A program made the position numbers and the translations under genes. Shown piece by piece: positions 26,468 through 39,450 of a stretch of 64,000 nt of DNA. Source of the stretch: Trichoplax adhaerens (Eukaryota; Animalia; Placozoa); assembly GCF_000150275.1 (NCBI RefSeq), contig NW_002060944.1, positions 5,336,123 to 5,400,122 on the forward strand. The letters are read 5' to 3'. The first letter of the stretch is position 1; every line of letters begins with the position of its first letter. The notes beneath the pieces were generated by a model. That model was not told the origin of the DNA. It searched no databases and saw only the letters and a list, made by a program, of their open reading frames with translations.

Positions 26468-29400
26468 AAATTCAATTTTCCAATACCCTATATATGTGAT
26501 GCACCAAGTATCTAGCTTATACTTTCATTACAATTACAGTACCAATCACAAGATCTTTAATTTATATTTGGCTTCCATAAACGTAATGTTAAATTCTAGC
26601 AATTGGACTTATAAACATCACTTGTATTATGTGTAATTATTATTTGAAACAGATAAATATTTTACTTGGTCTATTACAACGACATTTATTTGTCTTAGGC
26701 GGAGCTTTACTGAATGATAGATTAAAATATCTGCACCTCCGATATTTTAGAAATCTCGTTTCGTGTTGTGATTTATAATTTTTGCTATAAGAAATTAAGC
26801 GTACGTATAATTAGAAAGGTTGTCTATACGTTTTATACTAAATCGATCTATATTTTAGCCAATATGAAATTTACTTCAGCAACTTTGCAATTCTTCAATC
26901 ATTTTTCATCTTTACTACCATAAATAGATATACGCGTGTTCATGGATTTAGTAGCATACTCTGACTTAATAATAATGGAGTGTTGAGAAAATGAGGGCAA
27001 TCTAATAGCTTTCAATCTTAATTTAATCTTTAAATGGATACATATTTGCTATGGTATTACATTATTCTTATTACAATTACCTAAAGCTATATAACATGCA
27101 TAAATATACTGCAGCTCGTTATGAAAGTAACGTAGAAAAGGACTGTTATTAGTACTCGAATCTAAGGAAAGAAATATCAAAAGATTCGCTCAAAAGGGAA
27201 TAATATCTGTTATTGGCAAAATGATAAATAGGCGCGGACACTGAACGAGCTATATGCCCGATCTCGTAGTCCCTTTGATTATTTATGTTGAATATAATAT
27301 GTATGCAAAAGATGTTCTTTCAAATAGCAATAGAGTAGACTAGCAGCGATAGGCTAGATATAACATCCCTTCGATCGTTTGCTTTCAGAATCGGTTTTCT
27401 ATATAGCTATTAACATAGATGGCTGTAGAATGTGCAGTCTGGCTATTGTACGTCTTTGATTCTGTATTTTCCTCGTTACCTTCTTAAAATCACTAACATA
27501 AATCTCTACGTACTGATTTAAACAAATAATAAGGCTCCTAGAACAGGTATACGCATCTGTTATTAATTTCATCGTCATTTAAATGCAACGATCTCAATAT
27601 GACGAATTATCTAAGATAAATCTTAAAGAAATAGCAATTATTCGCTTTTATCATCATCTACGCCTAGCAAATATAACCTAGGCTTACAAATATAAGTTAG
27701 ATCAATGTCGAATTAAGCCAGTGCAAGTTACAGTACGTACTATTCCTTCAGTCATTTATTTTTGTAGTCTCCATTTATATGCTCTAGCTGTTGAAATAGA
27801 TTACAGCATTACAAGAGAGATTTTACCATTTCCGCTAATACAAGCTGTAGGGAACCGTAGTTAGTGGAAAGGGAAGGGTGTGTCAGATTAGGGAGGAATT
27901 TTTTTGATAATTTTGTGATAGAATTGTAGAAGTTTAGAGATAGTATCGCGGGTTTTACTGCTCTACTACTATAGACTAGCTTACACGGACCTTTTAAAAT
28001 ATTGTAATAAAAGCAGATTTTATCTTCAGTTCGTAGGCCTAACTTTATTATGGCCTAGTAAACTTATACAGAATAAAATGTAGTCAACCGCAATACACAA
28101 GCAAATATCCTTGACCAATAGCTGCTAATAGAGAATTTAGAAGCATATTATTTACGCTAGGTGATTTATGCTAGATAATTTAATATATGTAATGGTAGAG
28201 TTGGGTACAATCATTGCTGTGGTATCACTCATGATGGATAACAATTGAAGTATGGGATGCAATAAGTTGTGTAATATGAAAACGGCAAAGATTGGAATTT
28301 TAAGCTGGATAAATTAAACAGTTGCAGTGTAGGTTGAAAAATAAAGGACAGCTAGAGATTAAGAATATTATTATTCAGCACCGCAATAATAATGTAGTAT
28401 AGTGACACTATGAATTAGTGTAAATTGATATTGAATAAGAAGAATTCTATTTCATCCTTTCCTTCCACAGGCGGTATTTCTGTATCAAATGGTACATTAT
28501 ACTGCGAGCTAATTCTAATTAATCTGCCTACATGAAGAGTGACGTGCCTTGATAACCTGCAGTTATTTTTGGTTCTTATAATTTTATAATTGCCACTTAT
28601 ACCTTAAAGTAAGCCAAGAACATAACTTATAACAAGGTATAGTTCGTTATGGGCCTATGATGCTCATAATATCAACAGTTTACTACTCGAAATATGACTA
28701 CCATACTGTAACTGCTTTTCAGTTATTTCTAGTTCAAGATCTAGTTTTTTGTTCTTTGTCAGTGTATAAAGTATGATTAGATCATTAATTAATTTTATGC
28801 ATTGATCGAAAACAAAAGAAATATCATTAACAAATAGCATTGTCAGCTATTGCAATTTTTTGTTCTTATCTATGGGCGAATCTATGCGAATATAAATTAT
28901 GCATTTCTACTGCCTTTTTGATTATTTCTGAACTGCGGTACTAAATTAATAAGTTGACGAAGAGACAGGATCGATAAACTAATGACCATTTCCAATCATT
29001 CAGCTCTAAAATAATTGCAATAAAGTACTATTTGGATTAAATTATCATAAGTGATATGACTCTAGCTTCTTGGATGAAAGATTTATTAGTAATTAGTTAG
29101 CAGAGTATTTAAAATCAATTACCGCCTTGTTACAGTGTATTAGTTAGCTATCTATTAATTTAGAGGGCTATATAAACTGTCTTCGTGCATCATTCCGTAA
29201 ATTTGGATTCAATTATTGAGCTGAGAATTTCGAATATTGACACGTTCTGACGGTTCATTTCTTGGCTGCCATGAAATTAAAAGTACATTAATTGCAAAAA
29301 TTTTATAGTTAATCAGCTTAACTTTATAATATTAAAAAAATATTGTAAATAAAGCTGGAATAAAACGGAGATGTTGCGATTGCTGGTATAATTTTATTAT

Positions 29401-31829
29401 TTTATCGCCCGATTGCAATTTTTTTCCATTTAACCTTCAATTACATAATTATGCTTGTCAAATAATCGGAAATTTGAATACGTTGATAGATCTCAGAAAT
29501 TAGAAAGTAAAAAAAGCCAAAATGAAATCACGAGAGGAACTAGAGTGCTTAGTTCTCATGATATTTTTCGAGCAAGGTCATAAAGCAAGAGAAACGATTT
29601 AAAATTTAGCGAAAAAGTTCTCTTCGATAGACGATTTTGTCATTGAATTACATTAGAAACTAGTTACTATCTTCTAGCCTTGCTTACGTTAACTTAGTTC
29701 GGATTAGGTTTTCGATTTCCTGTTCCTGCCCAAAATTGTGCTTTTTAAGAAAGATGGTGTAGATGCAATCATGATCGTTATATAATGGTACAGTACTTCC
29801 TATCGCTTTCAATGCACATTATTCCGTGTCTTTTAGAATAAGTCACTTAATTTGAATGTATTAGAGTTTGGCTTCCTATTTCAGTCGAATTAAATGTTAG
29901 AAATGAAGAATAATAACGTATTAAATCCAAAATTTATTGACTCAATTCAAACGCTGAAGTAGAATTAGACTGATAAATCAGATCGGAATTACCTTATGTA
30001 GCTAACATTCTATCTATGGTAAATAATTATGTTACCATAATTTTCACAGTAATATTATAGGCAGCATGTGTATACTGATTATTTATAATTATAAGAACCA
30101 TTACAATAAAATTCAAGTCATTCAGTCATCCTCTAAATCTAACTGGTACACCATCAATGTACTTTTTAATAAGCATTTACTGCTCATAGTCAGTAAGCTA
30201 ACTTTTTGCATGGATTCAAAATGAAAAAGTAATATTGCTTCAATCTCAACTATATTTTAATAACTTACAATCATTTTTTAATCCAGAAAGCTGCGCTATA
30301 ATTAATGAATATGGTTTGCACTAACTGAGGCGATATTTTAGCTTGCGTACACTCCTTAGTTTGTGACTTGACATTTAACAACGTTGACTAAATCTTTCTA
30401 ATGACACCCTAACGATATATCCAGCAAATATTAGCCACATAAACTGCATATACCTGCTTGATCGGAATTTGCTATTAAAATAATACAATATCTTCATACT
30501 TTGTGACTAGACATTAAGCCAGGCCTATTAAGTCCTCCTAGGATATTCTAATTGTGCATGAAAGATAGCAATGTACGTACAAAAACCAATTTTAACCTAA
30601 CTTTTTAATATACTAATTTCAATTCCATCAGGCTGCTAGGTCTAGTGATATCGAATTGCTTAGGGAACGCTTTAATGCAGTGGTTAATCATGAAAAAGAT
30701 TATTACAACTGGACTGATCATTAGGGATACGCTCCGTCACATTACGCAGCCCAGTATAATGAAATCGACATGGTTAACTTCATGATCAATGATACTGCAA
30801 GTAAATGAAATATTAAAAGCTAACGTAGCTATTTCTTTTCTGCTTTAATCTATAGGTGGTTTAGTTTATTAGATGTGTAGAGAAAGAAACAAGCCAGAGA
30901 ACTGATCTACTATACCTTTCAGAGTTAAATGATAGACATTTTTCTGATAAGTTATAATGTTGTCGTTTTACGACAGTTAGATATCAATATTCAAAGCAGT
31001 AAAGGAAAGACGCCACTTCACATAGCTGCTAAATACAACAGCTTAGAAGTAGCACAGATCTTACTTGATCATGGAGCCATCATAGATGCCAAAGATACAG
31101 ATAGTTTTACCCAACTACATGATGCCGTAAAAATTGGCAACGTAAGTCTTTGCTAGGTGACCTATAATCTTTCTTTATAAGTATTTTCCCAAATATTTGT
31201 GAAAGAACTGAAAGTATATCAACAAATGCGGCCTAGTTGCTTGCATCGATTGGTATCTAGACCTTAATAAAATATTTAATCCAATACCTAAATAGCTTTA
31301 TAATAATTCCAACAGTTATATATATTTTATTGCTTTTGATAGGAATTATTAAATCGTATGTCATCCTTAACAAAAGCTCTAAATAAGGATTTAATATCAC
31401 CTCTTCATCTTGCTTGTCTACGGGAGAAACTGAAAATTAGCCTGTTACAAATCTCTAAAACAGTAACTACAAGTATAAATGCATAGCTTGCAGTTTCTCA
31501 TATTAAATTAGCTTTAATATATCTTGGGGAATGATATCGATCTTATGCTGTAGGTTAATTCTATTCAATTCAATTTGCCAATTTGGTTATTGCTAATCAT
31601 TTGTTTAGATACCTATTTCTAATATATTCTAATCATTCTAGATAATTTACTTACGTACATTGTGTTATAGTCAAAATATATCGAAAGAAATAATTTCCAA
31701 ATGAGGGTTTGCATTTCAAAACAACCGATTGATTGATTCCAACAGGTCACAAGCTCGGAAGGTGTTGTAAGCAAAGCTATTGATGGTTTTCACTACTTCA
31801 TTATACTGCTAAACAAGGGAATGTAGCTA

Positions 31830-32477
31830 TATTACGAAGAGTAGCTCCGTAAATTATAAATTAGGCAATAATAATTGATTAACCCGGTTGTTTACCATTT
31901 TGGTAGACAACCATGGGGCATTAGTGCTGGTTGTTTACAATTATTATAAATGGAGCAATCAACAAAAATTTAATTATATTTAGCTAGATATAATATTGTT
32001 TAATATAGGATTAGCTTATGGGAGCGCACTGCTCCAACAATTAATTACTCATATTGGTGCTGAGCTCAGGCTCGTTGATTGGCACGATAATTGGTTGTTT
32101 TTCATTAGTGTTGTTTACTACCCAAGCTCATACTAAGTTATGTTAATTATCTGGGAGTAACTCCCTATAGTAACATATGCAATTTGTAGAAGGAGCAACT
32201 TACTAGTATGCCCCACAAATGAGTGGGGATGGTATAAAAGACCGAGCGAATTACCATTCGCTAGTAGTAGTCCCTACGGGCTAGGACAAGCTAGTAGAGA
32301 CTAGAAATCGGATGGCCGAATGAAAAGTACTAGTGGTTTGAAAGAAACCTGAGCAGTTGTGTGACTGTGAGGAAAGAGTTGGTTTTCCCTTAGTAGAAGA
32401 CTCGCAAGTCAGTGGAAGCCTTACACAATTACCTAACATTACCTGACATAACCAAATCACAAGCGGGATTTGTGACA
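31830..32477. mobile_element. Solo-LTR-like insertion (648 bp) with 5-bp TSD AGCTA, inside exon 5 of pseudogene B
   Basis: AGCTA occurs at 31825-31829 and 32478-32482. Termini are TATTACGA...TTGTGACA, an imperfect TG...CA inverted pair. TATAAAAG at 32233. Removing the element plus one TSD restores KQGNVAIMQSLLHTGSSQEVAYDVHLD*EDNENLTVLHRAVQGG, the same length as the paralogous exon in copy D. Confidence 0.82.
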
Positions 32478-32837
32478 AGCTATTATGCAAAGTTTACTGC
32501 ATACAGGTAGTTCGCAGGAAGTGGCTTATGATGTCCATTTAGATTAAGAAGATAATGAAAATTTAACGGTTCTCCATCGAGCTGTGCAGGGCGGACATAA
32601 ATTGATGTAATTTCAGTTTGCTCTGTCAAACTCTTCTCGATTAAATTTGAGATACAATTATTATACAGTATTGCCGGTATCACAGTTTTTTGAATCTAGC
32701 ATCTATTTAATTAGTGTCGGTTTATATAAAAATATAAGCTGGCCGATATTTGCAATTTCTGTCCCATTAATTTATACTCAGGCGGTTTGGCTTATCTTCA
32801 TCATGGAGCCAATATTGCGGCTGAAAAGGTACACATT

Positions 32838-33175
32838 CCGTAGGTTATTAAGTTCTAATATGCAAGATTACTAGTTATAATTTAGCGGATATCAATAAAG
32901 TTTTCGCCCAAATACTATAGTAATTTATCTAATCATAACAATATTTCGTAGGATATTAATTTCGATTATGCAAAACTGCAAATTTTAATTTAGTGGATAC
33001 CTATATATATAAGTTTCAAGTTTTAGTGCAAATGCTTTAGTAATTTTCTAATCATACCTATATTTGTAGGATATTAATTTCTAATATGCAAGATTACTAG
33101 TTATAATTTAGCGAATATTTGTAAAGTTTAAGGTTTTAGTGCAGGTGCTATAGCATTTTATCTACTCATATCACG
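32838..33175. repeat. Three degenerate tandem copies of a ~110-118 bp unit
   Basis: Units start near 32838, 32946 and 33064 with GTAGG(T/A)TATTAA. Copies 1 and 3 share TTCTAATATGCAAGATTACTAGTTATAATTTAGCG. Confidence 0.8.
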
Positions 33176-36100
33176 ATAAATTACTGTATATCATGTATGG
33201 TAGTTCATAATATTATTCTTATAAATTAATACGACGGATAGGCAGATGATAGGACTCCACTTCACCTTGCTGCAGCCATCAAGTAAATGGAAATTATCAG
33301 AATATTATTATCAAATTAGGCACCCATCAATTATCAAGATGCAAAAGGAAGGACAGCTCTACACATAGCTGCTTCTTTCGGACATGAAAACGTCATGGAA
33401 GTCCTGATCAAAGCTGTACTACAGTCTATAAATTTTGCAGTCACCAGTTAGCTGCTAAATGGTCTAAGCAGATCTACTCAATCATTTGTATTGAAAATTT
33501 GCTCAATTTAGTAGCGTAATTTTCTGAAATATTACGAATATCTAGCTATTAACAACTTTGCAATACTCCGTTGTATCCTTAGCTACTCAAATGGACTATA
33601 CTCACAGCAGTCGAGTTAGAAATATCATAGTTAATAGTTGAATCTGAGTTGGGAAATTAGACTTTGCCATTTCTGTTTACTTTTGTGATACTACAACAGT
33701 GTAATAAGCCACTTAGTAATCATGTGCAAATCTATCCAACAAGTGTTAGAATTAATCAGTGATAAATTGGCTATGTTCTTGCCGGTCAAACGGATGAACC
33801 ATTTTCAAATCAGTACTAATATTTGAGCTAAACGATTTTAGGGGGCAGACTAACAGGTTACTGATTATAGAATGTAACCTACATTTTTGTATGCTGTGAG
33901 AAAAGGCCAGTTACAGGCAATTAAGTTCTTGCTTGATAAAGAAATTAACATCGAAATAGTTAATAATCAGCTCAAGACTTGCTTATACTTGGCAGCAATT
34001 CTTGATAATGAAGACATTTTAATTACTTTCGATAAATTTATGCCGAATGTCACCGATTTTAAAATTAAATGCAAAAAGGTCTATAAAATCAACTGTTGAT
34101 ATATTAATTATAGAATGGAGGTAAAATTTGTATTAATAGAAACGACATTTGGCCAACACCAAATCATTATGCACCTAAAGATGGAAATGATAAAGTATTT
34201 CTTTAAAGATTTCGTACTGTTACAAATATAAAAAATATCGATTTTATTTACCATTTATGTAGCCATGAAATTAATATCAATAAGAATCTGAAGTGCAGTA
34301 CTACAGAGATTAGACTAATCAACTAGCAACATGTTATAACCGGTCAACCTTCCTTTCTTCACTGTAGTAAAATTCTATTTACGGCACTTTACTACAAATT
34401 TAGCAGAGCAGAATTTTCTAGCAAATAAGTTTTAATCTTCTAAACCTCTATATGTATATTAGAAGCTTCTATTAGCATAGTCTAGTATTTATGATTGGAA
34501 TCGTATTCATTTCTGACCAAGGTCGTAAAAATCTTAATCTCTAATGGAGCGAACGCTATTGATTTAGATGGCAATGCAAATATACCATTTCATTTAGCAT
34601 GCAGGTAAGTTATACTGTATATTTATAATTGCGCAAAACTACTAAAAATTATATTTAGTGCGCGTAGAAAATAGTTAATATAACACACGTATTTATCAAT
34701 AAGATTTTAACTGCCAACGTACAGTTCATGTAAGTCGCCGGAAACTGCAGTGGATAATTTAATTACTGTGAATCAATCTTACTGCCATAAGACCATGTCA
34801 TAATTTCATAGTAATTAATGTAATCATAATCTAAGATGATTAAATAATCATATATGGGGACCGCTAGTATACCTGTAACTTGTAATCTTAGTAATGTAAT
34901 AGCATTCTGGTTTAGAAGATAAATAACACTTAGAGGACGTATCAAGTCTTGTATACATACGCACATATCATTGCGAGTACTAATATTTAAATAGTCAGTA
35001 TTCGAGTACTCGGGACTCGGTTATTTTTTCAGTACTTGGACCCGAGCGTTCACGATTGTTAAATTCGAGTTTCTCTCAGGAGATTACAAGTCCTAAATTA
35101 CCAGCTAAAGAACTTTAGATCTACGCGTATTACGTTACTCCTAGCATTTAATTCCGTTCAGTGCTGTAAGTAGTGAAATAAAGTAGTAGTAAAACAGAGG
35201 TTGCTAAGTTTGTTTATGATTCAGTAGAGCGAGTACCTCGTGAGCTATCTCGGCTCCGTCTACTTAATATACAAGTATACGGAACATTAGCATCTGTGTC
35301 ATAAATTATTCTTAATGTTGAAATGACTCCCGGCTAAGATAAACCAGACAATTATCCTGATACGTGGACTGTAGAATTATCGTGCAGATTACTAATATTT
35401 TCTATAGTACCAAGTACTTATGATTAGATAATCCCTTTTTTGGTTAATTCTGAAAGAATCTTAAAATTTACGCGACACTACAAGCATACATTTCATTACA
35501 TAAATAGCCAACCTCAATAGTAAGTTCATACAAATGAATACTCATTATAATAACATGATATTTTATAATATTTATCATGTGTCCTATTAAAGTCATCTTA
35601 AAGATCAGTAACGTCTACATCTATTTCTTTATTCAATCGTTCAACCAAATTTTTTGTGTACGATACTGTACTTTCGTAAATATAGTATGTCAATATTTTA
35701 ATTAGCAACAACATTGATTGTTGTTCTTTCTAAGACTGTAGCTATTATCGTACAAAATCAATCCCCTAATGCCCATCCGTACATGGCACCTTGTGAATAG
35801 TAATTCTGGTCACGACATTGCATATTTTTCTACTCTAAAATTGCAGCTATTGCAGCGTTAGTTAATCTCTAACGTTTATCTAAATATTATTTTGTTGCTT
35901 TAGTAAAGTATAATTATCTATCTATCATTATTCTATCAAGAGACTGTACTATAGTTTAATTGTGCTACCAATTTATAATAGGCCTTTACAAATTGACAGA
36001 CTGCTCATCTTAAATGATAATTCGTACTGATCATAATTAAAGGCTCTTCACATACAGTATATTCCTTTTAATCTAGAATTAAAAACCATATCCAATTAAT

Positions 36101-36339
36101 TAAATAAATCGATCAAGTTAACACTGCAGCAGCATGGTCGATCAAGACTAAATATTAAATAATTACTATCAAGAAAATTTAAATATTCCTTTCTTCGTAA
36201 ATTATATAAACATCCTGTGCATTGAGTCTAATACGAGTACAGTCAAACTTCATCATAATTCATTGACATGTCGTTCAATAATTACTTTAATATTTCACTT
36301 CTTGATACAAATCAAACTTTGGGCCATCATTGAATCAAT

Positions 36340-38400
36340 GACTTATAAGACAGATTAATTAACCTAATACTTCTATTTTGGGTAAATTTTATGTACTTAA
36401 AATGATTTTTCCTAGTCGATCCTTTGCAGAATAAAATTGATAAACTCATATAAACAATTTTTTTATAATAATGTTGGTTACAATCAACTTCATTATTCCA
36501 TAAATAATTTTAAGATTCTTAACATTTTTTATTGACTCTCTTTCAATAAAACCAGCTCTATAAACTAGCAAGTTGGTCTTTAATTAATTTTATAGGATGG
36601 TAACTTTACAATACCTTGACCTAGTTATCAGAGTTTCTAATAATATGGAGAATGTTGTCTTAATATCGGATAATATTAATCCATTTCACCACGTATACCA
36701 AGATCAAAATTCGGTTGTACATCGTAGTATTCAGCAAACTTAATTCTTCTCATGTATCGAAAGCTTTATATCAATGGCGTTTAGCACACATTATGATACA
36801 ACTTTAGTGTTATCAGATATTTACATTGTTGCAGCTTAATAATTGCTGCATCATAGTATAATGAGTAAATAAAAGTCATCGACTTATTAAGTCATCATTT
36901 TAGAGCAAAGCGTAATTAATCTCAAATAAATGTAATACAACCAGCTGTGACACAGTTCTAAAATGCATTCGATGTAACAATTAGCAAGTTAAAGTATTAA
37001 AATAAATCCTTTCTTTTGATTCACGATCAATTCTATTGCTGCAAATCAATATTTTCTGATACTAGGCTTTGTTTTTTAAATACAAATTGATAACTAAACA
37101 ATCAATGGCTGATTTTATTACTGACTCGTACAACCTTACGAATGTTAAAAATATCGCGGATTAATTTAATATAAAGCAATAGAAATTGTCTACTGATTTA
37201 TCCTTTTCGTTGCATTGCATCAGTGCTAAATTTGTCCTAGTTGAAACTATCCATTAAGGGTGGAACAGATTTAAATCTGTATCTGTCTAACATGATTATT
37301 CCTTTATGCAGCAGATTAATTAAGATATCGATTTTAAATTTAGCAGACCAAGAGTTAGCAACAATCAGTTAGCCGTCCCGTTCTTTACCATTTACATCGA
37401 TCATAAGGCACTGTTGTCTAAAATGAATACCGTCCTCGATATCCATTTCTTTTAACAGAATAGTCTTGTGAATTAGCTGAACAATTTCTGATTGTATGTT
37501 GCTTTGGATTTTAGCTCAGTTAGATGGTTAATGATGGCCCAGAGGTACCATTACAATAAATCTATGTTACAACTATAACATAAGACATGATCAGTCAAAA
37601 GTAGTTAACCGATAACACCGATTAATTCAAATCCATAACAAAGAATTCATTCTTTTTTATGAAATCACGTTCTGAGTTATTCATTAAATCAACGGTTGAT
37701 TATAATTATCACTACCAATCTAAATTTACATAAGGTTATATGAATAAAGGCCTTAAATCATCAACAGAGAGCGCTTCCATAGCCCTGTGTGTTAGGATTG
37801 TTTTGATAGGCGATCAGAACACACCTCACGATTGGAGACAATCGAGTAAAAAAAGAAAATCAATAGCCATGACGGCCATAGCGTGCATCCATATTGAAGA
37901 CTTCATTATTTCTATTATGTCGGCAGCTTGATTAATTCAAGTTTGTTACGTAAGCTGTATTGTTTTTTTTAAAAGAAGGCTAGTATTTACTGGTCATGTT
38001 TTGGTTTACTTCGACATATTAGTTGAGTAGATGGCAGCAAGAGAGTGATATATTTAGGCTTGGTTCTAACATAGTGTCAAAAGCAAATGCCTGTTGATCC
38101 AGTAAATCCAGACTACCACAGCTTGAGATCTATTTTGCATTATCAGATGACGATTTAAGATAATTTTCTCTAATATAGGTTACAAATAATCGAATGCTTG
38201 AATAAGTTTGCAATAAAGTGCATTTAGACTGATTCAATATATTCTGTAAAAGATCAAGATTGAAGATCTTCAACTTATTTTCAATTGATCTTTATTCATG
38301 GATTAATCTGGCATTAACTTGATATATCAAGATGATGAAGTATAGAAAGAAATTCAGCGTGGCTAGTAAATTATCAAGTTCTCACAGTGTCTTTAATGTA
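36340..38400 (-). pseudogene. Heavily decayed intronless ORF with LRR-like motifs (possibly an NLR/STAND-like relic)
   Basis: Manual minus-strand translation gives long protein-like runs broken by stops and frameshifts, e.g. NIQSEIVQLIHKTILLKEMDIEDGIHFRQQCLMIDVNGKE. LRR-like segments: LQQCKYLITLKLYHNV, KNVKNLKII/YLWNNEVD, NLPKIEVLG. Confidence 0.4.
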
Positions 38401-38669
38401 AGAAAATGATTTATAGCATTTTATATTAAATCACTATTTTCAATTTAACCGGAAGAAATAGATACGAGTCGTATTGAATTAGGATAAGAATTTCGTTCTG
38501 ATCACAACGTTAAGACATATTGTTTATTTTTTATTTGCAATCAAAGTAATCTTGAAATCTTACTAGTACAGACTAAGTTATAGTCGAACAAGATATTCAT
38601 TGTTTTTAATAAATTTATCTATTTTACCGTTATCAAATTATGATTCGATGGCCATCGATGATTTAAAGT

Positions 38670-39450
38670 GGAAGGTTACGATTGAAATTGGTAGTTTATT
38701 AACTCAGTGTTATACTAGTTTAGCGTTATCGAAAATTTGAATTCTAATATAGTCACAAACTTACGTTGCGAATTACTACACTAAACTAATAGATTACTTA
38801 TGCCTTGCTCCACTACACCTGGAGATCTACTGTATGGTAGTTCTTAACTACTTACGGTCACACAGGGATAAGACTGTTCTAAAAGATTAGTATAGTTTTT
38901 ATTAGTACCAATATGATCCATTAGATAAATACTAACAAAATCTATTTAATTGGCAAGTACGGTGCTTTGCTCCGTAGCAATTATGTACTAGATTGAGAGA
39001 GTAACTGCTTGCTTACCTCTGCAACATGTTTTTATTGCGACTTAAGGTTATGATTGTAATCAGTAGCTTATTAACTCAGTACTATAATGGCAAATACTAG
39101 TTCAGCGACACAGATTTAAATTTAAATGCAATGGATTAAGATGGTAACTGCTTGCTCGCTCCTGTAATATGTTATTATGGGAACTAACCGTTACGATTAG
39201 AATCAGTAGTTTATTAACTGAGTGATACGGTGGTAAATAATAGTTTAATGATACAGATTCGAGCTCAAATATTACGTATTGAGATAGCAGATCTTTTTTT
39301 TACCCTTTTAATAATAGTAACTAAAGGTTACGGTTTGAATTGATGGTTTATTAACTCAGCATAACGATGGAAAATATTCGTTTAGCGATATAGGTTTAAA
39401 TTAAAATATTATAGATTGAGATACTAGCCGCTTATTAACTCCTGTAACTA
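38670..39450. repeat. Degenerate ~140-bp tandem repeat (minisatellite-like)
   Basis: A recurrent core AAGGTTACGATT...(G/T)TTTATTAACTCAG...TAGTTTAGCG, with variants, appears at ~38672, 39045, 39187 and 39325. Confidence 0.75.

Larger units (their letters stand above)
29455..34604 (+). pseudogene. TRPA1-like pseudogene, copy B (only exons 1-10, ankyrin region)
   Basis: Exons are colinear with A/C/D: ~29455-29571 (...SSHDIFR, no in-frame ATG, GC at donor), 30632, 30977, 31344, 31746-32605 (split by an insertion), 33242, 33842, 34113, 34522-34604. In-frame stops at 30722, 31154, 32545, 33284, 33317, 33851 and 33875, plus a frameshift near 31790. No TM exons found downstream. Confidence 0.9.

Noticed and set aside
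27850-27900. G-rich tract as a G-quadruplex or SINE fragment
   Set aside because: The GGG runs are separated by long loops, and no Pol III boxes or TSDs are visible.
28225-28275. TIEVWDAIS fragment resembling Tc1 transposase (VMVWGAIS) or a WD40 repeat
   Set aside because: A single short motif amid stops, with no supporting DDE residues, TIRs or further repeats.
32281-32874. ORF-track ORFs 32281-32490, 32483-32683 and 32647-32874 as genes
   Set aside because: They overlap the LTR-like insert, the antisense strand of a pseudo-exon, or intron sequence, and show no recognisable protein features.
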